IMG/VR virus record: IMGVR_UViG_3300042991_000131
Coordinates: 12,821-76,820 of that record
DNA from: a virus
Length of the DNA stretch: 64,000 nt
Direction: 5' to 3' (one strand)
In this document: piece after piece, positions 39,558 through 49,019 of the stretch
Position numbering within the stretch: position 1 is the stretch's first letter
Layout: every line of letters begins with the position of its first letter
Made by a program: the position numbers and the translations under genes
The notes under the pieces: generated by a model
What the model saw: the letters and a program-made list of their open reading frames with translations, nothing else
Told to the model about the DNA's origin: nothing
The model's database searches: none

Positions 39558-40364
39558 GTGGGAGGATTAAGTGAGCTGGCACTATTTGCAGGGGCAGGTT
39601 TCGGCATCCTGGGAGGCAAGCTCCTTGGATGGCGCACCCGATGCGCTGTTGAAATTGATCCCATACGTCGAAGGATGCTCTTTGAGCGCCAGCGCGATGG
39701 GATGCTCGAAAGATTCCCGATATGGGATGATGTACGATCTTTTGATGGCAAACAATGGCAAGGTGCCATTGATGTTGTCACCGGAGGATTTCCTTGCCAA
39801 GACATTAGTGGCATGGGCAGCCGCGAAGGATTATTGGGAGATAAATCGGGTCTGTGGAGCCACATGGCAAGGATTGTCGGCGAAGTTAGACCCACTTACG
39901 TGTTCGTGGAAAATGTCAGGAATCTCACTCGACAAGGACTCGGCGTCGTGCTTGGCGATTTGGCCACTCTCGGGTATGATGCAAGGTGGTGTTGCCTGGG
40001 AGCAGACGAGGTCGGTGCTAATCACAAAAGGGACCGTATCTGGATTCTGGCCTACTCCTACTGTGCAAGGGGATGCCAGACGCGAGACAATCAGAAAGCC
40101 AGGTCAGCTATCGCATACTGGCACGACGCTCCTCGATGCGGTGATGCTGTATCCTACGCCAACGAGCAGCGATTACAGACGTTGCGACCCAAACGAGCGC
40201 CGGGGACAATTGACTTCAATGTTCAATGGTGGGCTTCTGAACCCAGATTGGGTAGAGTGGTTGCAGGGTGTACCAATCGGTTGGACCGGATTAAAGCCAT
40301 TGGGAATGGACAAGTACCAGCAGTGGTACAGGCTGCATGGACTATCCTTGGAGGAATCACTTAA
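39558..40364 (+). CDS. C5 cytosine methyltransferase, alpha-type subunit (motifs I-VIII and X)
   Basis: LFAGAG, GGFPCQD, FVENV, HKRDRIW, RIKAIGNGQVP. Confidence 0.88.
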   Translation: MGGLSELALFAGAGFGILGGKLLGWRTRCAVEIDPIRRRMLFERQRDGMLERFPIWDDVRSFDGKQWQGAIDVVTGGFPCQDISGMGSREGLLGDKSGLWSHMARIVGEVRPTYVFVENVRNLTRQGLGVVLGDLATLGYDARWCCLGADEVGANHKRDRIWILAYSYCARGCQTRDNQKARSAIAYWHDAPRCGDAVSYANEQRLQTLRPKRAPGTIDFNVQWWASEPRLGRVVAGCTNRLDRIKAIGNGQVPAVVQAAWTILGGIT

Positions 40365-40383
40365 GATAAAGGCAATCAAATGA
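39571..40383 (+). CDS. Overlapping +1-frame MTase beta-type subunit (motif IX)
   Basis: WPTPT/YPTPT repeats and LNPDWVEWLQGVPIGWT; GGAGG RBS at 39561-39565. Confidence 0.65.
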   Translation: MSWHYLQGQVSASWEASSLDGAPDALLKLIPYVEGCSLSASAMGCSKDSRYGMMYDLLMANNGKVPLMLSPEDFLAKTLVAWAAAKDYWEINRVCGATWQGLSAKLDPLTCSWKMSGISLDKDSASCLAIWPLSGMMQGGVAWEQTRSVLITKGTVSGFWPTPTVQGDARRETIRKPGQLSHTGTTLLDAVMLYPTPTSSDYRRCDPNERRGQLTSMFNGGLLNPDWVEWLQGVPIGWTGLKPLGMDKYQQWYRLHGLSLEESLKIKAIK

Positions 40384-40580
40384 TCATCAGCAACTCTACG
40401 TTGATTCATTTCAAGTGTGCCGGCGGACCTGGCTGCTGTGGCTACGAGGAAGATGTAGGTGTTGGCATCCAGATGGGCATTGTGGTAATCGGTTCAATAT
40501 CGATTATCTGCCCTAAGTGCGGTAATATCACAGTAGCTAATCCTGTGACAATTGCTGTACGTGCGACACCTGTTAAGTGA
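40380..40580 (+). CDS. Small Zn-ribbon protein
   Basis: C....CC and CPKCG. Confidence 0.45.
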   Translation: MIISNSTLIHFKCAGGPGCCGYEEDVGVGIQMGIVVIGSISIICPKCGNITVANPVTIAVRATPVK

Positions 40581-40602
40581 CTAACCAATATACACCCTAA
40601 GG

Positions 40603-41208
40603 GTGACCATGACAACGGAAACTATGCCTGCAAATCAAAATCGCGACCCTGGTGAGAAAACTCATCAGGGTAGTTTTGTGTATATTGAAAAGATTATTGA
40701 AGGTTTTCCACATTATGCTATTGCAAACAACGGTAATCTAATAAGTCTAACTAGGTACGTTAAAAATGGCAACGGATTAAAACTAGTTACAAGAAAAGTA
40801 TTGGCAGGTAGCGTCGGTAAAGATGGTTACAAAATAGCTACAATAAGTAATGACACTGAATCGGTCACTGTTAGTCATCACAAACTAGTTGCGGAATATT
40901 TCTTACCCACTAAGCCGACTGATTTGCATGTTCCGAATCATAAAGACGGCATCAAAGTAAATAACCACATTAATAATCTTGAATGGATGACACGGAAGGA
41001 GAATACAGAACATGCTATAGTGGTTTTAGGATGGAAACCAGTTGGTGTTAAAGGGTATGCTAATCCTTTGTGCAAACGTTCTCCGGAACTAATACTTGAA
41101 GTTAAAAGACTAAAGGCATTCGGTATAAAGCAAATAGAAATTGCTAAGACAACTAAATTAAGTCAAACTATTATCTCTAGGATATTAACCGGAGTATACG
41201 ATGCCTAA
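40603..41208 (+). CDS. NUMOD4-HNH homing endonuclease
   Basis: IEGFPHYAIANNG, HKLVA, NHKDGIKVNNHINNLEW. Confidence 0.85.
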   Translation: MTMTTETMPANQNRDPGEKTHQGSFVYIEKIIEGFPHYAIANNGNLISLTRYVKNGNGLKLVTRKVLAGSVGKDGYKIATISNDTESVTVSHHKLVAEYFLPTKPTDLHVPNHKDGIKVNNHINNLEWMTRKENTEHAIVVLGWKPVGVKGYANPLCKRSPELILEVKRLKAFGIKQIEIAKTTKLSQTIISRILTGVYDA

Positions 41209-43726
41209 GTTCACTTACATAGATACTGAGACCTGCGGCCTATACGGCCCAATTGTGCTAATCCAATATGCTCACGACGATGGCGAGGTACAACTCTATT
41301 GCCCGTGGGAAAATCCTGTTATTGATACTTTGAAGCTATTTGAAAGCTTCTTGGAATCTGATTGTCTAGTATTTTTTAACGCGACTTTTGACTGGTTTCA
41401 TATAGTCCAGATGTATACAACGATGTGCTTATTAGACGGTGATAAGGAACCGGACATAGAGGAATATGCGATTGCAGAAGCTAAGGCACACTCTGGACCG
41501 TGTATAAAGCCTAAAAGTGCACTGGATCTGCTACTGCATGCACGAAAAGGGCCATACCAGTCAATGATGGAGCGCGAGGACGTAAGAATCAAGAAGATCC
41601 CGCGTGTGTTAGCTAGTCCGTTAATTGAAGAACTTAATCATCGTATCAAGTTGAAAGATACATATTTTGCGCGTAGGAAGGATCGCAAACAGCGGTGGAA
41701 AGCACATGATATCACGGATGATCTTGGTGATGTTGTGCCTGATTTCGTTGATCTTGTTCTGGCTTTTGCACCAAGTAGTGCCTTAAAAGCCCTGGCCCAA
41801 GATGCTCTCGGCTATGATCCAGATGAGATTACCGTCTTCAAGGATGTTGAGCTTGATCTAACGCTGCGACCTGTTGAGCATGGATTTGCTCCATTTGCTA
41901 TGAGTGTCGGTAAGCCGGGATTAGGTAACTGGAATAAGGCATGGCCGGCTGTAATCAAAGAGCATCTTACACACTGGCGTTTTAATAAAATGGCTCGTGA
42001 GTATGCTAAGGATGACGTTAAGTATACGCGCCAATTACATTATTTCTTCTCAGCACAGATACTTGGTTATTCGGATGACGAAGCTAGGACTATCGCTAAG
42101 AGCGAGAATCCCACTGAATTAATCATGGGTGGTGATGACGACTCGATCCTAGCCTGCATGGTTGCTGGTGTTAGGTGGCGCGGCTACGAGATTAATATTG
42201 AGAAACTGACAGAGCTACGTAAGAGTGCTGTTAAGACACAGGCCGAGTCAAAGTATAACTTCAATAGCGTGGACGTTACACGCAAGTATCTCGGTCAGGT
42301 TCTCACGCCGACCGAGTCTTTGGTTATGTCGCGTGATAACAAGATCAGTACAGAGGGTATAATCCTTGAAGAAATTGCTAAATGGAAGGTTGAGTCCATC
42401 TGCGAGGCATGTGGAGGCATTGGATGCAGTACATGCAGCAATGAAGGGACCATTAAAACAGATGAACGTCATCCCGCAGCCTTGCGGGCGCAAGAGATCC
42501 TTGATTATCGTCACGCCGGTAAGGAAATCGAGCTGTATGATAAGTTGCTTCTTGCGGGTCGATTTTTCGCTAGCTTTAATGTTATTGGCGCACTCTCGGG
42601 TCGAATGTCGGGTGCTGATGCACTTAATCCTCAAGGAATTAAGCGCACTAAAGAAGTACGCTCATGCTTCCCTCTTGCACCAGAAGGTTATCAACTCACT
42701 GGTGGAGATTTCGCTGGATTCGAAGTCTGCCTCGCGGACGCGGTCTACAACGACCCCGAGCTACGAGCCGACCTACTTACCCGTAGACCCTGTAAGAAAT
42801 GCGCCAAGACTACGAAGAAAGCACCCGGCACTGGTGAAGCGTTCGAGTGGGAAAATAACGGCGAGAAGATAGCCCTAGTCAAACATGCTAACTGTGGAGA
42901 CTGTGCCGGCACTGGATTAGAAGATACCAAGATCCACGCGCTATTCGGACAGTTCCTGTTTCCGCCAAATACTTACGATCAGATTTATGATAGTAAGGGA
43001 TTACCCGGCGATAAGGATCTATACTCACGCAGTAAGCAGGGTGTGTTCGCGCTGCTGTATGGTGGTGAAGCTTACACACTTGTTACTAGGACAGGCGTCC
43101 AAGAGGCTGTCGCTAATGAAGCCTATCAACGTTGGATCCAACGGTATCTAGTGTGGGGCGAAGCTCGTAAGAAGATTATCACCATGTTCTGCTCCATGAA
43201 GCAGACTGGCGGGCTAGGTAGCAAGGTCGAGTGGGAAGATCCTGCCGATTACATCGAGTCCATGCTTGGCTTCAAGCGTTACTTTACTCTTGAGAACATG
43301 ATCTGCAAGGCACTGTTCCAATTAGCTGAAGATCCGCCTAAGGAATGGTTCAAGTTCAAGATTAAGGTCGTACGTCGGGATCGCGAGCAGACGGTAGCCG
43401 GTGCCGTTCGTAGTGCGCTCTTCGGAGCAGCTTTCGCGATCCAAGCTGGTAACATGCGTGCTGCTGCTAATCACGTTATCCAGTCGTCTGGCGCGCAGAT
43501 TACCAAGCAGTTGCAGTGCAAGTTGTGGGAGATTCAACCTGCTGGCGTGCATGAATGGCTAGTCATTCCGATGAATATTCATGACGAAATCATGAACCCA
43601 TGCAAGCCGCATGTCGTGCCACTTATCCAGCCGATTATCGACGCGTTCATAACCAATCTGCGTACATACGTGCCTCTAGCTGGCATTGACTGGTCTAATA
43701 ACCTAAAGACATGGGCTGATAAATGA
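41201..43726 (+). CDS. Family A DNA polymerase with 3'-5' exonuclease
   Basis: DTET, FNATFD, SGRMS, DFAGFE (A), KQGVFALLYG (B), IHDEI (C). Confidence 0.88.
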   Translation: MPKFTYIDTETCGLYGPIVLIQYAHDDGEVQLYCPWENPVIDTLKLFESFLESDCLVFFNATFDWFHIVQMYTTMCLLDGDKEPDIEEYAIAEAKAHSGPCIKPKSALDLLLHARKGPYQSMMEREDVRIKKIPRVLASPLIEELNHRIKLKDTYFARRKDRKQRWKAHDITDDLGDVVPDFVDLVLAFAPSSALKALAQDALGYDPDEITVFKDVELDLTLRPVEHGFAPFAMSVGKPGLGNWNKAWPAVIKEHLTHWRFNKMAREYAKDDVKYTRQLHYFFSAQILGYSDDEARTIAKSENPTELIMGGDDDSILACMVAGVRWRGYEINIEKLTELRKSAVKTQAESKYNFNSVDVTRKYLGQVLTPTESLVMSRDNKISTEGIILEEIAKWKVESICEACGGIGCSTCSNEGTIKTDERHPAALRAQEILDYRHAGKEIELYDKLLLAGRFFASFNVIGALSGRMSGADALNPQGIKRTKEVRSCFPLAPEGYQLTGGDFAGFEVCLADAVYNDPELRADLLTRRPCKKCAKTTKKAPGTGEAFEWENNGEKIALVKHANCGDCAGTGLEDTKIHALFGQFLFPPNTYDQIYDSKGLPGDKDLYSRSKQGVFALLYGGEAYTLVTRTGVQEAVANEAYQRWIQRYLVWGEARKKIITMFCSMKQTGGLGSKVEWEDPADYIESMLGFKRYFTLENMICKALFQLAEDPPKEWFKFKIKVVRRDREQTVAGAVRSALFGAAFAIQAGNMRAAANHVIQSSGAQITKQLQCKLWEIQPAGVHEWLVIPMNIHDEIMNPCKPHVVPLIQPIIDAFITNLRTYVPLAGIDWSNNLKTWADK

Positions 43727-43998
43727 TTATCACTAGACAGAAACTAGACCCAAAGAGCCTGATCCTTACAGGGCCAGACTTGCATACTGTTTCGATGGAG
43801 TGCTATCACTGTCACGGTGTCACTAAGGTGCATGACGTACAGATTATCGATGCAGTAGCAGACATGTATAGGCAGATGTACGAGGATCTAAAAGGTAGAA
43901 TGAATGAGGCAATCAGAAACAGTCACATGATACACGGCGATGATCCTATGCGGCAGGATTTCGTAGCCGCCCTAATCAAGATACGGGAGTCCTTGTGA
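43723..43998 (+). CDS. Hypothetical protein
   Basis: Coupled ORF, CYHC. Confidence 0.5.
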   Translation: MIITRQKLDPKSLILTGPDLHTVSMECYHCHGVTKVHDVQIIDAVADMYRQMYEDLKGRMNEAIRNSHMIHGDDPMRQDFVAALIKIRESL

Positions 43999-44201
43999 AA
44001 CTAATCGACCTACCGCCTAATCAGCACAAGTCCAAGTCTCTTGATAAGGGCATTGATGTTTTCGCTCCTAAGTATCGGCAAGGCAGCAAACGCTACCAGT
44101 TGCAAGGATTAAAACGTTGGGAGAAGGCTCATCCAGATGCAGTAAGCGAAGGTGAGTTTGAGCCAGAAGATTCAGGACTCTCATTTCAGGATACTTTCTG
44201 A
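43995..44201 (+). CDS. Hypothetical protein
   Basis: Coupled ORF. Confidence 0.5.
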   Translation: MKLIDLPPNQHKSKSLDKGIDVFAPKYRQGSKRYQLQGLKRWEKAHPDAVSEGEFEPEDSGLSFQDTF

Positions 44202-44413
44202 TGAGCTTTGAACCTACAGAAGATTTCCTAGTTCTGACAAATCTACAGATGATACGCCAGCACAGAGCTTGGTTAGATTGCGAGTTCACATTGTATCAGA
44301 AGTTATGTCATAATCGTGAAGTTGTTCTTGAACTACAGTTAAAGCTGATTAAAGCCTCATACAAAAAGGAACAACGTGACGCCGCTCGCCGCACTAACTC
44401 AAAAACTATCTGA
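44201..44413 (+). CDS. Hypothetical protein
   Basis: Coupled ORF. Confidence 0.45.
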   Translation: MSFEPTEDFLVLTNLQMIRQHRAWLDCEFTLYQKLCHNREVVLELQLKLIKASYKKEQRDAARRTNSKTI

Positions 44414-44672
44414 CGTAAGACACATGATACATGTGGTTAGTGGGTGTAATTTCTGTAAGGTGTACGAGCGGTGCAAAGATAAAGACTATATTGATACGGT
44501 GATTAAGGCTGGCGACAGAGTGGCATTGGACAGCTGGATGAAAGCAAATCAGAACCTCGATGATCTGTCTATACGCGAGTTGCGTGTGATGGCATCGAAC
44601 AAACAGATTCCATGCTACTCCCGCATGGATAAATCTACCTTAGTAAAGGCCCTCAATGTCAAGCACCCTTAA
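44376..44672 (+). CDS. Protein with Rho-N/HeH-like C-terminal domain
   Basis: LSIRELRVMASNKQIPCYSRMDKSTLVKAL. Confidence 0.55.
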   Translation: MTPLAALTQKLSDVRHMIHVVSGCNFCKVYERCKDKDYIDTVIKAGDRVALDSWMKANQNLDDLSIRELRVMASNKQIPCYSRMDKSTLVKALNVKHP

Positions 44673-45072
44673 GCAAATAGTTTCAATGTTGGAAGATATG
44701 CGTCCAACACTGGAACGCGTCAAATTAGGAGATAAGTTTGTAATCTTTGCCAACTGTGATAAATTGCCAGGTTATTGTCTAGAAGATGCGATGAAGTGGT
44801 TGCATGAAGTCTACACGACGACGTTCAAAGAGTGTCAACGTATCAGGCGCATGCAATCCGAGGAAATGTGGAAGCGTTACGAGGCCTGGGGCGATGAGTT
44901 CGCCGACCACCGTGAAGTGAAGCTGTATGCGGAACGGCTGGTTATGTTCAAGCAATCTTGCCGTAACCGTCCATTAATCTTCAAGCATAATAGCTGTGAA
45001 ATGGCTATTACCGAGAATCAGAAGGCCAAACCAAAGAATAAGGCTAAGAAGCCTAAGAAGGACGACGCATGA
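44656..45072 (+). CDS. Hypothetical protein
   Basis: Operon packing. Confidence 0.5.
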   Translation: MSSTLKQIVSMLEDMRPTLERVKLGDKFVIFANCDKLPGYCLEDAMKWLHEVYTTTFKECQRIRRMQSEEMWKRYEAWGDEFADHREVKLYAERLVMFKQSCRNRPLIFKHNSCEMAITENQKAKPKNKAKKPKKDDA

Positions 45073-45296
45073 AAATCAAGCTCCCCCGTAAGATTCTCGC
45101 CTCTAAGCTCTTGAAGCTTAAGATGGCTTGCATGACAGATCACGCCAATCTCATGTATCCTCATATGGATGCAGCCTACATGCGCCAACGTGCTAAGGAA
45201 GAGATTATCAGCAATGGTGATTTAGCCATGGCTCAGCGTCTCTTAATCATGGCTGATGTGAAGGATGAACATGAATCCAAAAATAGCAAGAAGTAA
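45069..45296 (+). CDS. Hypothetical protein
   Basis: Operon packing. Confidence 0.5.
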   Translation: MKIKLPRKILASKLLKLKMACMTDHANLMYPHMDAAYMRQRAKEEIISNGDLAMAQRLLIMADVKDEHESKNSKK

Positions 45297-45621
45297 GCGT
45301 GGTCCGGAACATATCATACAGGACGACATTATCTGTATGCTTAAAAATTATAACTGGTTCGTAAAAACATTAAGTAGCTCACAGTTCCAGTCCGGCATGC
45401 CAGATTTATTTGCCTGCCATACACGTTATGGCATACGATTAATCGAAGTTAAATTACCGGGAATGGTAGGCAGCAAGTTCACGTCTGCGCAGCTTGAGGA
45501 CTTCCCGAAGCTAACTGCAAATGGCGCAGGTGTGTGGATACTCACAGCAGCCACAGAAGAAGAGTATAAGAAGTTATTTGAGAGATTTAACTGGTGGAAA
45601 TATTTGGATATAATGAAATGA
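45265..45621 (+). CDS. VRR-NUC nuclease/resolvase
   Basis: E..IQ, GMPDL, IEVK, Q motif. Confidence 0.8.
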   Translation: MNMNPKIARSKRGPEHIIQDDIICMLKNYNWFVKTLSSSQFQSGMPDLFACHTRYGIRLIEVKLPGMVGSKFTSAQLEDFPKLTANGAGVWILTAATEEEYKKLFERFNWWKYLDIMK

Positions 45622-46145
45622 TCTGGAAGCAAATTCCCAGCCAGCCGACTATTGAAGCCAGTGAAGATGGTCAGATTAGAGACTTAGATACAAAAGTAAC
45701 ATTTATTACTTTTCTAGCTGGTGGGCACGACGGAAAAGGTTATAGAGCTTTCTGCTTATCAGGAAGTAGAGTAATGCTATTTGTGCATAGATTAGTTTGT
45801 GAAGCCTTTCACGGCCCTAGTAGTCTTGACGCAGATCATGTCGATGAAAATAAAATGAATAATGCAGAATCAAATCTACAGTGGCTTACGCACGGCGCAA
45901 ATAGCAGCAAAGCAAATAGACTACGTATACGCACAAGCCATGAAAAGATTAATCGAGGAAAAGCTCAGCGAGGCGAGAATAATCCTATAGCGAGATTAAC
46001 TGACGCAGATGTTATTGTTATTAAAAGGCAATTATTATTCGGTATAACGCACGCTGAAATAGCAAAAAGATTCAAAGTCGCCAAGTCTACAATAGGCAAT
46101 ATCAAACAAGGAAACAGCTGGAAATCTATAGGAGTAATGAAATGA
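45618..46145 (+). CDS. HNH homing endonuclease with C-terminal HTH
   Basis: VHRLVCEAFHG..DHVDENKMNN..SNLQW. Confidence 0.85.
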   Translation: MIWKQIPSQPTIEASEDGQIRDLDTKVTFITFLAGGHDGKGYRAFCLSGSRVMLFVHRLVCEAFHGPSSLDADHVDENKMNNAESNLQWLTHGANSSKANRLRIRTSHEKINRGKAQRGENNPIARLTDADVIVIKRQLLFGITHAEIAKRFKVAKSTIGNIKQGNSWKSIGVMK

Positions 46146-46324
46146 GCTACAGAGAACACAGTGTAGTACCTGCCTTTATAGCTATGCTAGTTATAGGATT
46201 CTTAATAGGTATACCTGTAGCTACCGCTGTTAACGATAACTACTGGAACAAGAAGCTAGTGAAAGAAGGCAAGTATTATTGGGTCGTAGACGAGAACGGC
46301 TACACGAATCTGGTTCCAAAATGA
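46142..46324 (+). CDS. Small membrane protein
   Basis: Single TM segment. Confidence 0.5.
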   Translation: MSYREHSVVPAFIAMLVIGFLIGIPVATAVNDNYWNKKLVKEGKYYWVVDENGYTNLVPK

Positions 46325-46491
46325 AGATTAAGTACGGAAACTATACGTACAAGATTAGCACGTATAAAGATATTGGTAGTGGTCTTGCAGAAGTTACTTT
46401 TGTCCGCAAACTAGCCAAGCGCACGATCATGGAGAAAACGATTGTGCGCGAGGCAGAAATAATGTTAGAAAGAAAGGCTACGCCGCCATGA
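46321..46491 (+). CDS. Hypothetical protein
   Basis: ATGA coupling. Confidence 0.45.
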   Translation: MKIKYGNYTYKISTYKDIGSGLAEVTFVRKLAKRTIMEKTIVREAEIMLERKATPP

Positions 46492-46955
46492 AACGATTAG
46501 GCATATTTGTTGACGTCAGTAATTTGTATTACTGCACTGAGAAGCAGTATCGGAAGAAGATTGATTATGCTAAGTATTTGGCCTTCTTGAACGATTTCGG
46601 AACAGCAAAATTCTCTATTGCCTATGCTGCTGTTATGGGTACACAAGCTGATGGCTTCCTGCATGCTCTAGCCGAGCTAGGTTTCCAGGTCAAGACCAGG
46701 ACACCTAAGGAATATTCCATCCCTGGTGGCGGTGTTAAGCATAAGTGTGATTTCGATGTACAAATAGCATTGGATATGGTGCATATGCAATCACAAATGG
46801 ATATGTGCATACTTGGTTCTGCTGACGGTGACTTGACACCAGCAGTCAAGTACCTGACGATACCAACGGTAATCTTTGCTTGCGGTATCAGTAACGAATT
46901 AGCCAAGTCGGCTAAGGCGGCCATCGAGATTCCACCTTCAATCCTTATAGGATAA
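46488..46955 (+). CDS. NYN/LabA-DUF88 PIN-like protein
   Basis: IFVDVSNL, K.DFDV.IALD, SADGDL.P. Confidence 0.8.
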   Translation: MKRLGIFVDVSNLYYCTEKQYRKKIDYAKYLAFLNDFGTAKFSIAYAAVMGTQADGFLHALAELGFQVKTRTPKEYSIPGGGVKHKCDFDVQIALDMVHMQSQMDMCILGSADGDLTPAVKYLTIPTVIFACGISNELAKSAKAAIEIPPSILIG

Positions 46956-46957
46956 TC

Positions 46958-47356
46958 ATGATCATTATAGTCGCTTGCGGCGCATTAGCTTTAGGCTATA
47001 TGTTTGGTACGATACATAATTATCCTAACGGAAAGAAGAGCGAAAAGCTTAATGCTGAAATTGTCGACAATATAATGCTCAAGGAACGCAACAAGGCTAT
47101 GGCTAAGCGCGATGAGGCATTAGCTGAGAATGCGCGCCTGATAGTAGAGTCCGTGGTTATGGGCAACGAGCTTAAGGCAATAGATGGGCCGTCTGGTTTC
47201 GGTAACTGTATGGCACTACAAGGATTAACACTAGTAGGTAAAGCTGGTAAATGTGTGCGTACGATACGCGAACTGCATTCTATCCTGCGTGATTATCCGA
47301 AGGGTCAGGATGATGGCACGTGGATTAAGCGTGTTGATGAGGCACTAAAATGCTGA
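46958..47356 (+). CDS. Membrane-anchored coiled-coil protein
   Basis: N-terminal hydrophobic anchor. Confidence 0.5.
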   Translation: MIIIVACGALALGYMFGTIHNYPNGKKSEKLNAEIVDNIMLKERNKAMAKRDEALAENARLIVESVVMGNELKAIDGPSGFGNCMALQGLTLVGKAGKCVRTIRELHSILRDYPKGQDDGTWIKRVDEALKC

Positions 47357-47811
47357 TCTGGAAGCAGGTACCAAGCTATCCGTGGATTCTAGCAAGTAAC
47401 ACTGGCCTAGTTAGAAGTACAAAATCTGGTGTGCAATATAGCCAATGTGCTGACAAAAGAGGCTATCTAAGGATTTGTACTTCTATAGATGGTTGCAATA
47501 AGTTGATCTTTGTTCACAGATTGGTATGTGAAGCCTTTCATGGCCCAAGTGATTTAACAGTAGAGCATAAAGATAAATGTACCTCAAATAACAATGAGAC
47601 AAATCTATGCTGGTTAAGTCTATTTAAGAACCAAAGTATATCTCACGCTGGTGAAAATAATCCGATGACTAATCTGACTAATGCACAGGTCATGGAAATA
47701 CGTCGTAAGCGATTCTTTGGTATTTCTTACAAGAATCTAATGAAAGAATATGACATAAGCAAAGATGTACTAGGCAACCTATTAGCAAAGAGAACATGGA
47801 GCACCATCTAA
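47350..47811 (+). CDS. HNH homing endonuclease with C-terminal HTH
   Basis: VHRLVCEAFHG..VEHKD...NNNETNL. Confidence 0.82.
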   Translation: MLIWKQVPSYPWILASNTGLVRSTKSGVQYSQCADKRGYLRICTSIDGCNKLIFVHRLVCEAFHGPSDLTVEHKDKCTSNNNETNLCWLSLFKNQSISHAGENNPMTNLTNAQVMEIRRKRFFGISYKNLMKEYDISKDVLGNLLAKRTWSTI

Positions 47812-48020
47812 TGGCTTTAATCTTATATCCGATGATGATGCTAGATGATTCGATCTTGTGGCAGGTACTGAACAGCCAAGGCCGTGAGCTTTGGAGTCAG
47901 ATGCTCCAGAAGGGCACTGATCCGATGCCATATGCTAAGACTTGCCTAAGTGGCGAGATAGTAGAATGCAAGGCTGATGATCCCCGCGTGCTAGCAGCAC
48001 AGGAAGCGAGCTTTACGTGA
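47811..48020 (+). CDS. Hypothetical protein
   Basis: Coupled ORF. Confidence 0.45.
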   Translation: MALILYPMMMLDDSILWQVLNSQGRELWSQMLQKGTDPMPYAKTCLSGEIVECKADDPRVLAAQEASFT

Positions 48021-48703
48021 TTCTGGAGAAGAAAGAAGTCCCAACGATAGTACGCGTCGATAGAGCCTTCCTCGACTTACACGCGCCTAATCGCTATAAG
48101 CAGACGTACATTGCACCTGTGAAGAAGAAAAATATGCCTGACAAGTTGCGCGCATTCATGACGCAACCGCGCAGCACTAGGGAGATTACTGAGCATTTAG
48201 GTTGCTCGTATAGCTACGCTAAGTCGATACTGCAAGCTGCTGGTGCCAAGAATACTGTGCGTGGCACACCGCGTGCGCCCGGTATTTGGGCGTTACTGCT
48301 GCTACTGGCAACGGCATTGCATTCGTTAGAAAACGAGGTACCGTGTTGGGTGTTAGCCGGTATCATGGCGCAGGAGACTAGATCCAGCTACGCTATAGAT
48401 GGTGACACGATTATTTATGTGGATCGACGTGTTGGTGCGGCAGGTGAACGTGGACCGTATCAGATGCGTCGTATAGCTTGGCAGCAGATTAAGCAGCCTG
48501 GCGAGAGGTTCGAGAATATTGCTACGGATATGCGCTATGCAGAACTGTGTGCAATGCGGTATCTGTTGTGGTTATATAACAACTCGGCCAAAGGTTCCTG
48601 GCCACATGCGATCCAGTATTACAATGCAGGACCAGGTCGGCTGAACTACAAGTATTATGCTAACGTTGTTAACAAAGCTAGGAGGGCTGGGTATGTTGAT
48701 TAA
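48017..48703 (+). CDS. HTH + hydrophobic segment + lysozyme/SLT-like lytic domain
   Basis: AQET catalytic Glu, GERGPYQM, YYNAGPG; WALLLLLATALHS. Confidence 0.7.
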   Translation: MILEKKEVPTIVRVDRAFLDLHAPNRYKQTYIAPVKKKNMPDKLRAFMTQPRSTREITEHLGCSYSYAKSILQAAGAKNTVRGTPRAPGIWALLLLLATALHSLENEVPCWVLAGIMAQETRSSYAIDGDTIIYVDRRVGAAGERGPYQMRRIAWQQIKQPGERFENIATDMRYAELCAMRYLLWLYNNSAKGSWPHAIQYYNAGPGRLNYKYYANVVNKARRAGYVD

Positions 48704-49019
48704 GACAATCCAAATACCTGTATATGGCGGCAAGATTATTCTTGTTAAGGACAGGAAGCAATTCCACAGGTTGGCGCACAAATACAATAGAGAATGTGAA
48801 CGCGATGACTACTGTTATGGTCGTTGTCTTGAGTTATCGCGTAAGGGCGTGACACATTATCTAGTTGGTGTATTTAATAATGAGGATAGGACACTGGTAC
48901 ATGAGCTAGCCCATGCAACAATGTGGACACTGATCCGTGTCGGTATTAATCCGTCAGACTCAAACGGCGAGACATACTGCTATCTACTAGCACAACTATA
49001 CGCGGAGGCTACAAAATGA
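48693..49019 (+). CDS. HExxH metallopeptidase-like protein
   Basis: TLVHELAH...E..CY. Confidence 0.55.
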   Translation: MLIKTIQIPVYGGKIILVKDRKQFHRLAHKYNRECERDDYCYGRCLELSRKGVTHYLVGVFNNEDRTLVHELAHATMWTLIRVGINPSDSNGETYCYLLAQLYAEATK

